Shown here: positions 32,859 to 46,060 of the stretch, piece after piece
Layout of the letters: every line of letters starts with the position of its first letter
Position numbering within the stretch: position 1 is the first letter of the stretch
Translations under genes and position numbers: made by a program
Notes under the pieces: model-generated
The model's input: only the letters and a program-made list of their open reading frames with translations
The model's database searches: none
Told to the model about the DNA's origin: nothing
Assembly (NCBI GenBank): GCA_030704615.1
Contig: CM060733.1
Coordinates: 35,526,001-35,590,000 of the forward strand
Length of the DNA stretch: 64,000 bases
Direction of reading: 5' to 3'
Origin: Takakia lepidozioides
Lineage: Eukaryota > Plantae > Bryophyta

Positions 32859-33358
32859 NNNNNNNNNNNNNNNNNNNNNNNNNNNNNNNNNNNNNNNNNN
32901 NNNNNNNNNNNNNNNNNNNNNNNNNNNNNNNNNNNNNNNNNNNNNNNNNNNNNNNNNNNNNNNNNNNNNNNNNNNNNNNNNNNNNNNNNNNNNNNNNNNN
33001 NNNNNNNNNNNNNNNNNNNNNNNNNNNNNNNNNNNNNNNNNNNNNNNNNNNNNNNNNNNNNNNNNNNNNNNNNNNNNNNNNNNNNNNNNNNNNNNNNNNN
33101 NNNNNNNNNNNNNNNNNNNNNNNNNNNNNNNNNNNNNNNNNNNNNNNNNNNNNNNNNNNNNNNNNNNNNNNNNNNNNNNNNNNNNNNNNNNNNNNNNNNN
33201 NNNNNNNNNNNNNNNNNNNNNNNNNNNNNNNNNNNNNNNNNNNNNNNNNNNNNNNNNNNNNNNNNNNNNNNNNNNNNNNNNNNNNNNNNNNNNNNNNNNN
33301 NNNNNNNNNNNNNNNNNNNNNNNNNNNNNNNNNNNNNNNNNNNNNNNNNNNNNNNNNN
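32859..33358. other. Assembly gap (500 N)
   Basis: A run of exactly 500 N; the round size suggests a scaffolding join of unknown true length. Confidence 0.99.
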
Positions 33359-36300
33359 AACAAGGACTGTCAGCATGGCCCTAAAATATCCACAAGACAA
33401 TCAGATTACTAACATTTATATGCAAAGCCACTGCAAGTCTGTGCCGACTTCCCGAACTGCATATACACGTGGTGATGAACTAGTACCTGCCACCACCAAG
33501 TGGCATTGTTCACCAAATCACCTAAATTCCTTGTCCGTTGGGCACACCGGGAAGATTCTTCTGCTGGCCGGCGGCAAATTCCATAGTTTCAACACCCAAT
33601 CTCGCCTCCGCAGAATCGAGGCTGGTGGCAACCATCTTGAAGTTTCTCAAGTTGCGCGCTCTATCCAGGCGCGCGCAACTTGTTTGTAGTATGTTGTTAT
33701 CTCTAAAAGGACCCTGTCGCCAGAGGTTTGGATCACAGATAAAACTATACTTGGCAATCCTTGAGTGCCATTTAGTCTTACAAACTACCATATTTGCATC
33801 AAGAGCTGATTCCACAATCTCTGCATTCTTCGGGGTGTTGGAAGGTGGGAATACTCTGCCAGTGTATCATCCTTTATCTACCGGAATGACTTTTGTGCTA
33901 TGAACTCGACAAGGCCCTCTGTCAACCATTAATGCACCCCATTAACAGTTGTATACTTAATTTAGGGTTCGTGTTAGACAGAGCTAGGTTAGGTCCCGAA
34001 GGCGCCGCCTAGCCCAAGGGTGCTGCTAGTGTGGATTATAATTTTCTATGTTATAAGTATTTGCGTTTGTAATTTGTAACCAAATTAGTTATAACTCATT
34101 GACGTATTTATGAAAACAATAGTCCAAAAATAAGTAATGTGAATGTATAATTACTCTCAGTATAAAGGGTTATGGTTATTTTAGAGGAGAGATATTATAG
34201 TGTAATATTAAATTATTCAGTAAACAACAACAAATTAATTTTAATTAACCGACTTTATTATTTCTTTTCTTTTTGAATAACTTTATATGTTCAAAAGATA
34301 GAGAGTTATTTACTTTTTACTAGTACACATTAACTTAGGTGAGTCAAGAAGATATGATTAATTAGATCATTATGAGGAAAAGATCAGCCCAACAAACAAT
34401 ATTATTATAACCAAATTAAAGAAGAGAATATAAAACTACTATAGAAAAGCAGTGTGGCGGCGGTGACTAATGGGATTTGAAAACCCAACCTCACATGTGC
34501 GAGCGAAATCTCCAACTGATAAGTCCCTCAAGTTATATTCAAAACCAACTTGTCTATCTAAGTACTTATAGGGCTATTACAAAGGTTCTGAACATATGAG
34601 CAAAATTAAATAAGTGCAACCAGCAAGAGTTGAACCCCCAACCCTAGAAGTCTGAACAAACAAAGTAACCATCAAACTAACCTAGAGATGTTATTATAAG
34701 AAGGTTTCTTTTAGTTATTTAAACACAATAGTCAAATCTCACTCTTGGCAGTTAGAATTCTCTGTTTTCAAAAATTCATAAGTCCCTGCTACATTCTTCG
34801 ATTCACTTGCTGTAAAGCAGAAGCTCTAACCTAAGCTTTACTCAACAAGATTTTGGAATTAGTTTGTGAATCAAGGTTCATAAAAAAGTTTTTAACTCAA
34901 ATCGTAGCTACTCATAATAATAACAAAACTATTTGCAGTCAAGAATTGGCCCTGGTAAAAAAATTCATAATTTTGCACTCACCACTTGTTTTCCTTAAAT
35001 TTGACTCAGATTCCCATTAACATTCTTCCTTCTATGAGATTCAATCAGCACCTCTCTAGATCATCCAAACACTAATTAAGGTCTCAGCTTGAAGTTAGTA
35101 ATTTAAGCAATAAGACTGGATGTGCTGGGCCAACAAAGAAAACAACTAAGTCACATCCTAGTATGACTTCCCAGTTGAAAATCGATAGGGTGGTATTCTG
35201 ATGACTAGCCGCCTTCAACTCAAGTACCCAGGCTCGTTACATGGAAAAGATAGAAGAGAACAGAGCAGGGAAAAAAGAAGAAAAAGAAAACAACCAACCA
35301 AAACGAGACACTTCTTTACAACGATTTGGCGGTAGCTTAGGAGTGCTAGATTTCCAAGGTCGTTTCCCCTAGCTCGGCGTAAATCTAGGACTGTCTAGGA
35401 TACCTGAAATTCAGACTCAAGTGTGTCTCTATAGAACTCCAAGTAGGTATAGAGGGTAATCTTATACAAAATAATCAACTACTCGAGGTAGATTTTCTTC
35501 ACACGGTGCTCACCCGAGCACTAGTCCCAAATTGATGTCGCTGATGGTGCAGGTTTGATGAATTATGCTCACGGACTGATCTGAATTGCTATGGTACGGA
35601 CGACCTATCAGATTATAAGAGGGTATGTACACGAATACTCAAAGAAATCATAGACAATAACAAGCTTCTCTACTTCAATCATGCAAGTCTTGCTGTACCA
35701 CACAATTCACGTGACACCTTGATCCCAACGGCTTGCGGCTGTGAGTATTAATCCAACCAGTTCACTATACACCGTTCTTCTTCACTACAACATCTAGCCT
35801 ACACTAAAACGATGAGGGAGAGAGCGAAGATGAAGAGAGGGAGCGAGAAAAATAAGAACTTGATTGTCTGTTCTCTCTTTTGGCGGCTGATTTATATCAG
35901 TCTGTCGTCCTACATCCGTCACTTGTTTTGACCACTTTCATCCATCCCTTTCTTCAAAAAAAATAAATTACTACTGGTGCATTTAACCACCAACACCTAG
36001 TTAGAGTTTTTAATTAATTTTTCCTAGAGTGTTCATTAATATAAGATATAATCTTTTTTGTTTTAATCCTTCAGATCTGCGCCCTCCACCTGAACGGACC
36101 AAATCGTACCACGTGTTTTTCCTCCATCCATTGACATCCGTCCAGAAATCCAGCCCGTAATTTATCCATCCATGGTTTTATCCACTGATTTCATCCATTT
36201 CATTCTTCCTCATAATTTTCATCCATCTGTAACTTTCACCCATCCAAGGACATGACCAACTTACATAGATACATGAGCCGTTTTAAACCCTCATGATGTT

Positions 36301-36954
36301 GCTCCTCATCTATGACATTCATCCGTTCTGGAAGTGGGGATCGCTACCCTTGATCAACCAATATCCAGCGGTTCACATTTATCCTTGTTTTCCCATTAGC
36401 TCCCTTTCCCGTGCTATGTTGAGATCGGGGAGAGGTTCCCATGCTTGAAGTAGCGAGTTGTAGCGTTGTTCTAAGAGTCGTCTGCTGGTGAGATCCTCTA
36501 GCAAGATAAGCATATTTTCCTGCATTTGCTAACTTACAAAGAAATCGATCTTGAATCATTTTTGGCGCTGAAGACTATTCATTGATTTCTAGATCATACC
36601 TCCATACCATGTAACCTCTAGAAACTTCAAACTTCAATTTGTCAGAAAGTCAAAGGTATAATCCACAGGGCAGTCTAGCAGACATCGCCACCGCGTACTA
36701 ACGGAATCAAACGCCTACCACTTCCGTGCACTTATGAGAGGCTGTACATTGTGTGCAAGACCAGCCAACATGTAAACCCATTCCTCCTTGATCTCTACCT
36801 GTTTGCGAATCTCAATGACATCGTTGCGGCCTTCGTCATCAACCACCGCTAGCGCATTCTGCCATTTCTTACAACCACCTGTCAACGGTACATAATAAGA
36901 GCGAGACACCCATTCAACGCATTCTAGTGTCACATGGTCTGTCAATCCCGGAAT

Positions 36955-37855
36955 CAAGGAGTTGTCCTTCCATGTGCAGAACATTGCCACAACCATTATA
37001 GACAATGTCTATAATCGGATAGCTGAGTTGCAGGATGATGTGGAAGGGCTGCAGACTCAAGTGGATGACGTGAGCTCCAACATTGACAAAAGAGCCTTTG
37101 TTCTTGAGGAACAGCTCATGGCTACTTATCTGCACGCCATGACTTTGATTTTCCAATCTTCATCACAGGAGGTGCAGGACTTACTAATAACATGGGGTAC
37201 GGTGGTGTCAATATCACAACAACCACAACAGGTTGACACTGTTGATACCATGGCACTGCAGCGACTTGAGGTTTGGGGGGATGTTGCTTTTAACCCACCT
37301 AAGACTCCTGCTGCACTTGAGTACAATCGGGCTATGATTATGCTCAAATTCCTATTGTTATGGATTTGGCTTGGAAGGAATTCAGTCCTCCAGAGTCTTT
37401 GACACATTATTACCAGATCATGCGCATTTGGTTGTCAGTGGCAACTCGGACTAAGGTTCTTCCGAATAATCGGCCCATTGAGGATCACCATTTTGCAAGG
37501 TACTGGTCTGAGGTAGACACCATGCTGAAGAAATTAATTGCCTTCCGTATTGTTCATGGGAACATCTACACCAAGACAAAGGAGGTACCTAGTTTGGTCA
37601 TGGTTGTGGATTATACTATGCTGCTTGTTTCATTGCACGTTATCACATTGAGCAGTAGAAGATGCAGACGAGATTTCCACGCAGGATTCCCGAGAAGGTC
37701 AGAGCACCGAAAGCCCATAGGGGGGAAGATGATTTTGATACAATTGGTTCTATGGGGGAACCTTTTGACATGGCTGAGGACTATGCACTAAACATGGCAG
37801 AGAAGAAACGACGGGGATCTCCTATGCCTGAGAAGTTATCGCCTTATCAACCAAA
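36955..37855 (+). pseudogene. Decayed fragment of the gypsy extra ORF (third, older copy)
   Basis: VQNIATTIIDNVYNRIAELQDDV.., AFNPPKTPAA, DLAWKEFSPP and MAEKKRRGSPMPE match 10894-13137, with frameshifts and an internal deletion. Confidence 0.88.
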
Positions 37856-39371
37856 GGAAGAAAAGCTAAATGGATTCTAAAGTTTTGGCATGGTTGGAGC
37901 TCGAGTCGTCATCCCATATGACAGATGCATATAGTCAGGTAGGCCTAACAACATTGCTAAACATGGTCCTTTTGACTTCAGTTTTCTAATCCCTTTATAG
38001 TGGATTAATTTTGTTTCTCTAACTATTTGTGGGTGAAACACATGTAGCTGTTGTGAGAGCAGAGTTTGGTTATAGTTCGAAGTCCATATACGCTATGGAG
38101 TTCCAGGCAGGGACACAACAGGTTGATACAGTTAATTCCCATGTCACAAACGGTGATTTCTTTCTCAAAATGTAGCAAGAAGCATGTCATCTGAAGGAGA
38201 CTTCTCTTTTTTATGTGCGGAGGTTTGTATGGAAGTTCTGAATCATGCAAAAAATGTAGGGTTGAATCATAGTTTTGTTGGACTTCAGACTGGTGGAAGG
38301 GGGTATCATCTTTAACATTAAACATGTATGCCAAATGTGGGAGCATAACATATGCTCATATGTTGACCTACAGCATGCCTAAATAGATGTGGTCTCAGAG
38401 TAAAATGAACACTGATATATCCACTGTAGATGTATGTAGAAGTATGTTGAGGCCAAATATCGGAAGGGTGATTCTGAACAGGTTTTCGTCATATGTCTTT
38501 TGAATGCAGCTTGTGCTAGCCTAGAAAAGAGGTGAAGACATCATGCAAGCTAGGGTTGTATCATGTATAATTTTGAGAATAGCAAGTTAGATGCAGAACC
38601 ATATGCGACAGTTTTTTTAAAAAGTTCCAAGCATGGTCGTTACGGACTCGTGAGTTTGTGCAAAGTATGGGACGGTTTTAGAATATTGTCTTAATACAAT
38701 GTCACGTGTTCTTCATCATGTTTATTGCTTTTCGTGCTTTGATGGGATGCCTTATATGTTCCCCAGTCTCAATCACATCCGCAATGGGATGATCAATGGT
38801 TGCTGGGGATTGTGTTGTGTTGTTATTCGGAGACAGTATAAATAGTATTGCACATGAATGAACCACAAGCTGCAGCCCCCAAGTCACTACAACCACTACG
38901 AGTGCATGGTTCCCAACCCACAGTCGATGTATATCACTACTGAAGTAGTGCATTTTGAACCTCCAGTTGCATCTATCACTTCAACACTCTAGTTGTCGAC
39001 TCCACTTGTAAGTCTTAAAGACAACCAACAGATAACTTATTGCGCCACGCGGTGTGGCCTCAGGCATGCACGTGGCCACATCCACGATAGAGATCACGTG
39101 GCGTTTCGCCACATAGCCACGCGGTGGTATTTTCAGCGTCGGGGAAATTTGGTCCACATAGCCACGCGACGTGGGGAAGTCGCACCCCTCGTGATATCAC
39201 CTTGTTTGTGGGGGATTAACAACCAATCCAATAACGGATGGCTCTTGTCCCCATTAGATAAGGGCGAATGCTATCTTGGGATCCAGAACGCTCAGGGGTG
39301 AAGATACCATCATAGGTCGCATTTTGATAGAGGTGTGAAGATACCATCATAGGTCGCCTTTTGATAGAGGG

Positions 39372-40538
39372 TGGACAGCCGCAATATTCTAGAATCGGTC
39401 ATACAACCCGACATGCCTACAAATACATCACGGAAGCGTCTCTCATGGTCAACAACTGCTTGGAGTTGTAAGTTGTGTCCTTTGGATTTATAGGAAAAGT
39501 AATCAGCAACAAATGGCCCCTAAGTTTCTGGATATGAATTTGAGTACAGTCGATCACACCAGGAACAGAAGGAAGGCCACAATAGTCCTTGAACCCTGTT
39601 ATTACCCGTTCCAAATTATCCCCCTGAGGCCATCAAATTTGGCTCTTGAAGACTATGTTAACAGCACAAACAAATTCGTGGATGACCAAATTGACTGTAG
39701 ATTTCCCTCTAGCGAAAAGTTCACTACATTAGAGATAATCTGCACCATGAGAGAGTTTAAACATAGAGCACGCTACCCTAATTCCCATAGGAACGGCCAC
39801 CCTATACTTGGTGTTTTTTTTCTCAAGTAAAGGTGCAAACGCTCTGTCAATTGCACCACAACCTCCCTGGTTACTCGAAAGTGCTCGATCCATCGTTGAT
39901 TATCGTACTCCGTCATAAGAAAGTTTGAGTACCACGCAATGCTCCTTGCTTTCACCTAGTTGCCTATTTCCTTACTCATGAGCAGTTCAAAATTGGAAGA
40001 CAACCTAAAGTGATGTAGGATGAGAGAATTTCGAATCGCTTCAAAAGTTAATCTGTTCTCAGGCTCCTAGAAATCTCTTATAAAATCATCATGTTTCTCA
40101 GCGTCATGGCACAACATGATTGATCATGTGCTTGCAAAAGTATAGTGATAAATTGGACAAGAAGGATCACCTTTTTTTGGCCTCATGGAAACTGACTGAG
40201 CACACAGAAAAGAGCACAAAAACACCAAGGTTGCAGATCCAAATGAGCAAAATCACACAAGAATGAGCACATAAAACACCAAGAACCGAGCTCCAAATGA
40301 GCAGAAACCACAAGTGAACTCACAAGAATGAGCACGAAAAACACTGGGGCTTCGAACGTCACGAAAAGTAGTTAACGATATGCAATATTTATCTTCAGGT
40401 GTGAACGAAGTTACCTTGGAAGTCGATAGATAAAAAATAATTACGATAAGTAGTTATGATGACCGCTATCAGTCCCGATGAATCCTTTCGCAAAGCCCTT
40501 ATGGATGGTAGCCAAACGACAAGTGTGAACGTACTCTC
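39372..40538 (-). mobile_element. PIF/Harbinger transposon remnant (DDE_Tnp_4-type transposase pseudogene plus a possible terminus)
   Basis: WIEHFRVTRE, GKSTV, GLPSVPGVIDCTQIHI, LQAVVDHERRFRDVFVG..DSRIL across stops and frameshifts (39372-39955). Candidate end GAGAGTACGTTCACAC flanked by TAA at 40539-40541. Confidence 0.8.
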
Positions 40539-40650
40539 TAAGTGTGTTAACGCACGTACAAGGCTCTCTACATAGCTACAAGATAGGCCTATATACTCCG
40601 GGCTTCATCAGCAGTTCAAATGCACTACTCCAATAGTAAGTGCTTAGTAA

Positions 40651-42355
40651 CTAAAGGGGAGCTGTAACTCCAGTACGTATTGCCTCTTTAAACTTCTCCA
40701 TAGCTCTCGGAGGCAGTCCAATCACCATTGTCAAATTCTTCTTTTCCCCCTCACTTCCATCTGGCAATGCAAGGTAAACTGCCTTGCGCTCTCGCATGAC
40801 AGGTGCAAAGTAAATTGGCTTTCCCCACCCAAAGTCTATCTCATACGCAGCCAACCGGGACCAGTCGGTAATCGTAAAGGAGAAATTGATCTTTGAAGTT
40901 GGCATCTTCTTTAACTCCTGAATGTAATCAACTCCGGATCTCAAGTAATTGTCTGTGATCAAAGCAACCCCTTCTTGTATAAGCCCCACCGCATAAGACA
41001 GAGGCTTGGATAGGAGCTCTTCAGCTGTGGTGATAGCGAAAGCTACATAAGTTGCGTTACCAACATAGTCGGACGGAACGGGCGGAAAAAACTTTGAACG
41101 CACATCAACTGCCAGGAGTAGTCTAGTTTTCTGGGATGGCTCCATTTCAAGTGCTTTCGTGCGTGCTCGCCAAACGTGGGCTGCGAGCGTCTCAAAAGTG
41201 GAGCACTTGCTCACATAACCCGGCTTTCCCAATATTTGTTGTCTTAACTCTGTGAGGGTTTCACGGGTGAAATAGAAAGAGTTGTACACAAAATCATCAC
41301 CCAAGAGATTTTCTGACAGATCCATGTTGTCATATTCATGGTGTGGGAAGTCAATCCGAAGTGGAGATCTTGGGCGAAAGACTGTACGGTCCAAGAATGG
41401 AGCAAGTCTCAAAGTGGTACTGTCTCCACGCGCTATAGCAGCCCAAGCATTTAGGAACTGAATGACTGCGATGCCGTCCAGAAACAAATGATTAAGGCCT
41501 AAGCCGCATGCGAACCCACCACACCTGAACCTTGTCACCTGCTACCATAGGGGGGGGATTCTTGAAACCAAAACTTAGCTGTTCCTGATTCGACTTGAGG
41601 ACTCGGACATGCAGAGCATGTCCGACATACAATATTGTGACATATGATATCGAATCTGTAAAACTAGTTGGGTCGTCGTCTATCTACAGAGCAAAACCAC
41701 CATTGGACCTCCTTAAGAGTGCAAGCATTTGAAGAAAGATGCATTCACATCAGTATCCGTTAATCAAAATTTCCTCTAATCTGGAAGGTTTTTAAGCACT
41801 TACAGTGAGCAGGAAGTTTTCACTATATGCCATGCACACATGGCAACCATGAAGCAAAATTTTGACTTCAGTTATGAGTTACCGATGAGTTACCTGAAAA
41901 ACCAACGCAGGGGTTACAAGTTGCTGATGCAATGCCTCCTGATTCATTGCCTCTGGAAGTGAGTAGACCAGCTGCATCAATCTCGGGTCGGGCTTGCCAG
42001 ACTTGGTATATTTCTCCAAGTCAGATATGGCGGCATCTGCCTCAGCTTCCACAAACACGATCCCTTCGCCATTACAGTTGACTTCGAGTTCCCCCTCCAA
42101 ACTGATCTGAAGTCTTCCTGCTAGAGGGTAATAGGGGACAAGTATCTTGGAAAGTGCCTCCCTTATCGCTTTTGCTGGATTGTCATTGTCTTTGGTAGAA
42201 TTGGCATGATACAAGTTAACAGCCTGTACTGTTGTAAGAAGGGGCTGATCCAGGTTGGAAAGATACATCACATGATTTTTGGTAGGAACAGCTGGAACAA
42301 CCATAGTTCGGTATTTCAAGATCACTTGCAGCTTTGGCTCAGCTACGATTCCCAT
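40651..42355 (-). CDS. BAHD acyltransferase (omega-hydroxyacid feruloyl/hydroxycinnamoyl transferase-like), 2 exons, ~449 aa
   Basis: Exons 42355-41894 and 41538-40651, with a GT-AG intron at the conserved Q/VTRFRCGG position. LSNLDQ, YYPLAGRL, HXXXD (HLFLD) and DFGWG motifs are intact. Confidence 0.95.
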
Positions 42356-43069
42356 GCTTTCTGGAAGTCTATTTCGTCCAGAATGGAAGCGAGAACGTCA
42401 ATGGGTCACTTCAAACCGATGTCTAAGATGTCTCGGAAGCTGAGAGCATTCAAATAACCTCAAAACGGAAGTTACGAGGTAGATACTTGGGACCTTCCTC
42501 CTTCCTCGACCCAGTTGCAGATCTTCGGACTTGAGCTTTCAGCGATACAACTTTCTGTCTGTGCCTATCCTCGATATCGTTCTTCCTTGTGTCTCTTGGC
42601 AAGAAGCAAGCTACAACGCCCATGAAAACGTGATGAGCTATTGATCTTGCTTCGCCGGCACCTCTTTGTGAACTTTCAAGTCGCATTTCTCTGTTACTGC
42701 GCGTCCCTGCTATGGTTGTTTCAGTCTGGCACTGTACTAATTTCTAGCACATGTGCTAATTTACTGTAGTAATTGGGCATTATGACACCCAGTCCATTAG
42801 CTCAGTCTGGTGAAATAGTGACTGTCACTCGGTGATTCATTTGTTCAAATCCTGCTACCTTGAGGCTTGATGTATGTGTTGTGTCTACTTCTCCCTTCCC
42901 TTTGGCTTCCGAAATCATGAAGGATTTTTGAGGCAGATTATGCGCTTTAGAGACAAATTAAGAAGCAGAATATGCAGTGCTGCGCATTATTATGCTTTTG
43001 CATAATGCCCAGCTTGACTTTCCAAAACGATGTACAGCCGATCCAAGGCTGCAGAGCCGCCCATAATGT

Positions 43070-43286
43070 GTTTTTTTCTTCACTTTTTCCAAAATCGCCA
43101 CAAAGGCTACAAGTAAATTCTACGCAGTGCCCATGTGGCGAGAATAACGAGGTGGCAGGGCTAGAAAACTGGCTATATAACAGGTGTCACATTTAACAAG
43201 TCCACGTAGGAAATTCTGGCTCCTTTCTGGCGATTTTTTCGATGTTTACTCCCATAATTCCTTTATAAAAGTAGCCGTCCCATTTT
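43070..43286 (+). repeat. Dispersed non-coding repeat, copy 1 (MITE-like fragment)
   Basis: Similar to 47340-47627 (CAAAATCGCCACAA..ATGTGGCGAGAA..AACGAGGTGGC..GTCCACGTAGGAAA..CCATAATTCC..CCCATTTT). Confidence 0.75.
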
Positions 43287-43287
43287 T

Positions 43288-46060
43288 ATTAATAATAATA
43301 ATAATAATAATATTTTTGGGTTAACAGGGTTAACTTTATTCTGAAATATTTTTGGTAGGCGAGGCCCTTACATAGATGGTTAGGAGGGAAAAAATTAAAC
43401 CCTCTGATTACGCCATAAGGCACATACACCGTAGTCAGTGAATCGGAGCCTAACCACTCATGATGAGTAATAACCAACTATCCAGCCCGAGGCCTTAGGC
43501 CTTTTTGCGTAATGCGGCTAAGTGGTGGCGATCCCACCGGATTCGATAATGTATGTTCCTCAAAACCATAGCTGCTAGAGTCAAAAACTAGCTACGACTA
43601 GGCCTGCTTCAGCGGATTGCTTGCCCGACGGACCTAGCGGAAAGTGAGCCTGGAGGCTTTTGATGATTGCTTAACGTGCTTCCAGTTGATATTTCTATCA
43701 AACTCCGGCGAGGCTGTGGACGGTACCCATGGCGTCTCTCCAAGCCCTCGGGGGCAGTTTGTTCCAGTCGCAACGATCCGGATTGGGGCTGTTGCAGATA
43801 ATCCCATTCCGCCCCCAGGTCGCAATGAAGGTAGAGTGTAGCTGGGTAGCTTGTTGGTCCGATCGTGCTCTCTCGATATCTGCACATAGTTTTTTCCACG
43901 CTTTCCTGGCTTCAATTTGCATGTCCATGTAGATTTTTGCAAGGAGTGAGAAAGTTCTAGTTGTTTTTGCATTGAAAGTTTTTTCGCATCTTATTTTCCA
44001 GAGGTGCCAGAGTGTAGCACTTCTAAGAATATCGTAAACTGGGCAGTGATTGGTTTTTGTTTTTGTTGTTGGGTCATAATTCAGCAGAATGGCCGCCGGG
44101 GTGAGGTTTATGTTCCCCTGGTTCTGTAGAAGCTTGCGACAAGGGGCCAGACTGCTGCTGATCCGTGACAGTGGAGCAGGCAGTGCTCTACTGTTTCCAT
44201 TAGGGCAGCTGAACAGCATTTGCAGAGGAGGGCAGCATCAAATCCCAACCATTCCCCCACTTTTATTTCCCTGTTTGCTATTTGCCAAAGAAACGGTGCT
44301 ACCTTGGCTGGTCTTGTTTTGTTCCAAATTGTCCCCCAGATGGAGTTCCAGTTTTCAATCTGGAAGTTCAGGTGACTCCATCTCTCGTTCCATTTACCCA
44401 ATAGGGGCTGGGGGTTCAACATTGCTGAGTATGTTTTTTTGGTTGTGTACTCAAAGAATGGCTTGGGGGATGGCCTGAAATTCCAATGCCACTCTTTGGG
44501 ATCCATGTCCAGATCTTGTAGGGGTCTCCCACCAATCCAAACAAATGTTTGATTAGCCAACCAGCTTATCAGGGAAGTGGTGAGCGGTGGGAGAGGGTTC
44601 ATCTCCTTAGCTGGGGATGACCACCAACAGATCCTTATGGGGGTGTGGGTGAAGTGAGGGGTGGGTAGGGGTTGACGGTTTTGAAGGGTAAGCCTCATGG
44701 AGTTCACTTCGCAGTGAAAGCGATATCCGGAGAATTAATATTCGGTTTTTTCGGTGACAAACAGAATGGTAATAGTGTTGTTGATTATTCCCAATGTCCA
44801 GAAAGTGTCATTGGGCATTACTGGGCCTTTAATAAGGTTAGGTAGCCATAGTGCTGACGCTGATCGGAGAATGGTATCATATGACTTGGTGGCTCTGGCT
44901 GCAGCTACGGAGATTGCAATTTGATCTTTTGACCGGAAGCTGGCATTCGACCATATGTGTTTGACCTTATGAATGCCATTTACCTCCCAGGCAGACCATT
45001 TGGGAGCCTGATTTTTGTGATTTGGATATGGGATATTGGTATTGAGAAACAGGGATTTGCGGAGGGTTTCTTCGTACGATTCCGGGTCTGATTTTGTAAG
45101 ATAGGGCCTGAGCTTGGCCCATGCTTGCCAGATTGCCGTCCACAGGGGGGATCCGACTTGTTTATGTTTGAAGCCATTTACCATCCATCTATAAGAAGGG
45201 TTCCAGACAACCGTCCGCAGCGGAGAGGCCAAGGCAATGTTGTCGCATACCAGGTGTTTCCAGGCCCCTCTTTCTGGTCCCATAAATCTGGGGATCCATT
45301 TCGCTAGAAGTGCAGTAACCAGTCCCCCTTTCTTCTTTGGTAGACATATCTGCTTCCACGACACCTGTGGCCTTTTTTTCTCCGAGGGGTGCTTTGCCCC
45401 CCATACAAAGTTGCGCAAGAGCTTTTTCATTTCATTCACTTGCATTTCGTTGGGCCTCCATGCTGAGGCGAAATATGATTGGCTACCAGCACCCTACTGT
45501 TAAAGACAAATGGTAGCTGCCCCAATGAGCCAGCTTGGTTCTAGATTTGACTTGCATTGCCTCAAAAATCTGTTGATCCGATAGATCTATGCCATACATA
45601 TAACCTAGCAAGGTTGTTGATTGCCCTGGTTTCAGCCATCTAAGACCTTTATCTTGTCCCCAAATTGGGTCAACTCCCAGAGTTGAGGCCGAGGTTTCTC
45701 CCACCAGAACACTTGAGCAGTAGGCTCAAGTGGTAGCCTAGTGGTTAGGTGTTTGTGCCTTGCCTGTGCATAACCTAGGTGATCCTGGGTTCAATCCTTC
45801 AACATGTGCCTTCAGACCGTCCATTGGGCCCTCGATGGCCTCTGTGTTGAGCAGTAGGCTCTGTAAATTCACTGGACGTTAAAGAAACTTCTCTTCTTTA
45901 TCCCACCAGAAAGGCACACGTTTTGCCCCAGTTAATCTTGAATCCAGAGGCCTGGCAGAATGCTTGCAGTAAACTGCTGGCATTATCTAGATTGGAGTGT
46001 GTGGCCTGTAAAGCTAGGAACCTATCGTCTCAGAACATGGATTCTTTAATTTGTTGCAGC
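43288..46060 (-). mobile_element. 5'-truncated, decayed L1-clade LINE (RT C-terminus plus zf-RVT)
   Basis: MF*DD (~46024-46038), ASGFKINWGKT, VSWKQICLPKKKGGL, PAKVAPFLW..CKCC..ETVEHCLLHC, LWHLWKIR. (TTA)n at 43288-43310 is a possible tail. Confidence 0.88.
45710..45900 (+). mobile_element. tRNA-derived SINE-like insertion (191 bp) in the LINE RT
   Basis: 11-bp TSD TCCCACCAGAA (45699-45709; 45901-45911). A-box TAGCCTAGTGG and B-box GGTTCAATCC. Removing it restores KTCAFLVGETSAST. Confidence 0.8.

Noticed and set aside
32780-33400. ORFs spanning X runs
   Set aside because: Artefacts of the N gap.
33375-34030. Short ORFs after the gap and a possible Helitron 3' end (..CTAGT at ~34025)
   Set aside because: No recognisable domain; the hairpin is weak and no 5' end or Rep/helicase is seen.
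35150-36350. Possible solo LTR
   Set aside because: It has an LTR-like texture, but I could not define TG..CA ends, a TSD or a second copy.
39296-39372. ~38-bp tandem duplication
   Set aside because: Real but only two units at the broken edge of the Harbinger remnant; no sign of function.
45728-45805. Functional tRNA gene
   Set aside because: A/B boxes are present but there is no convincing cloverleaf, and it lies within a TSD-flanked insert.
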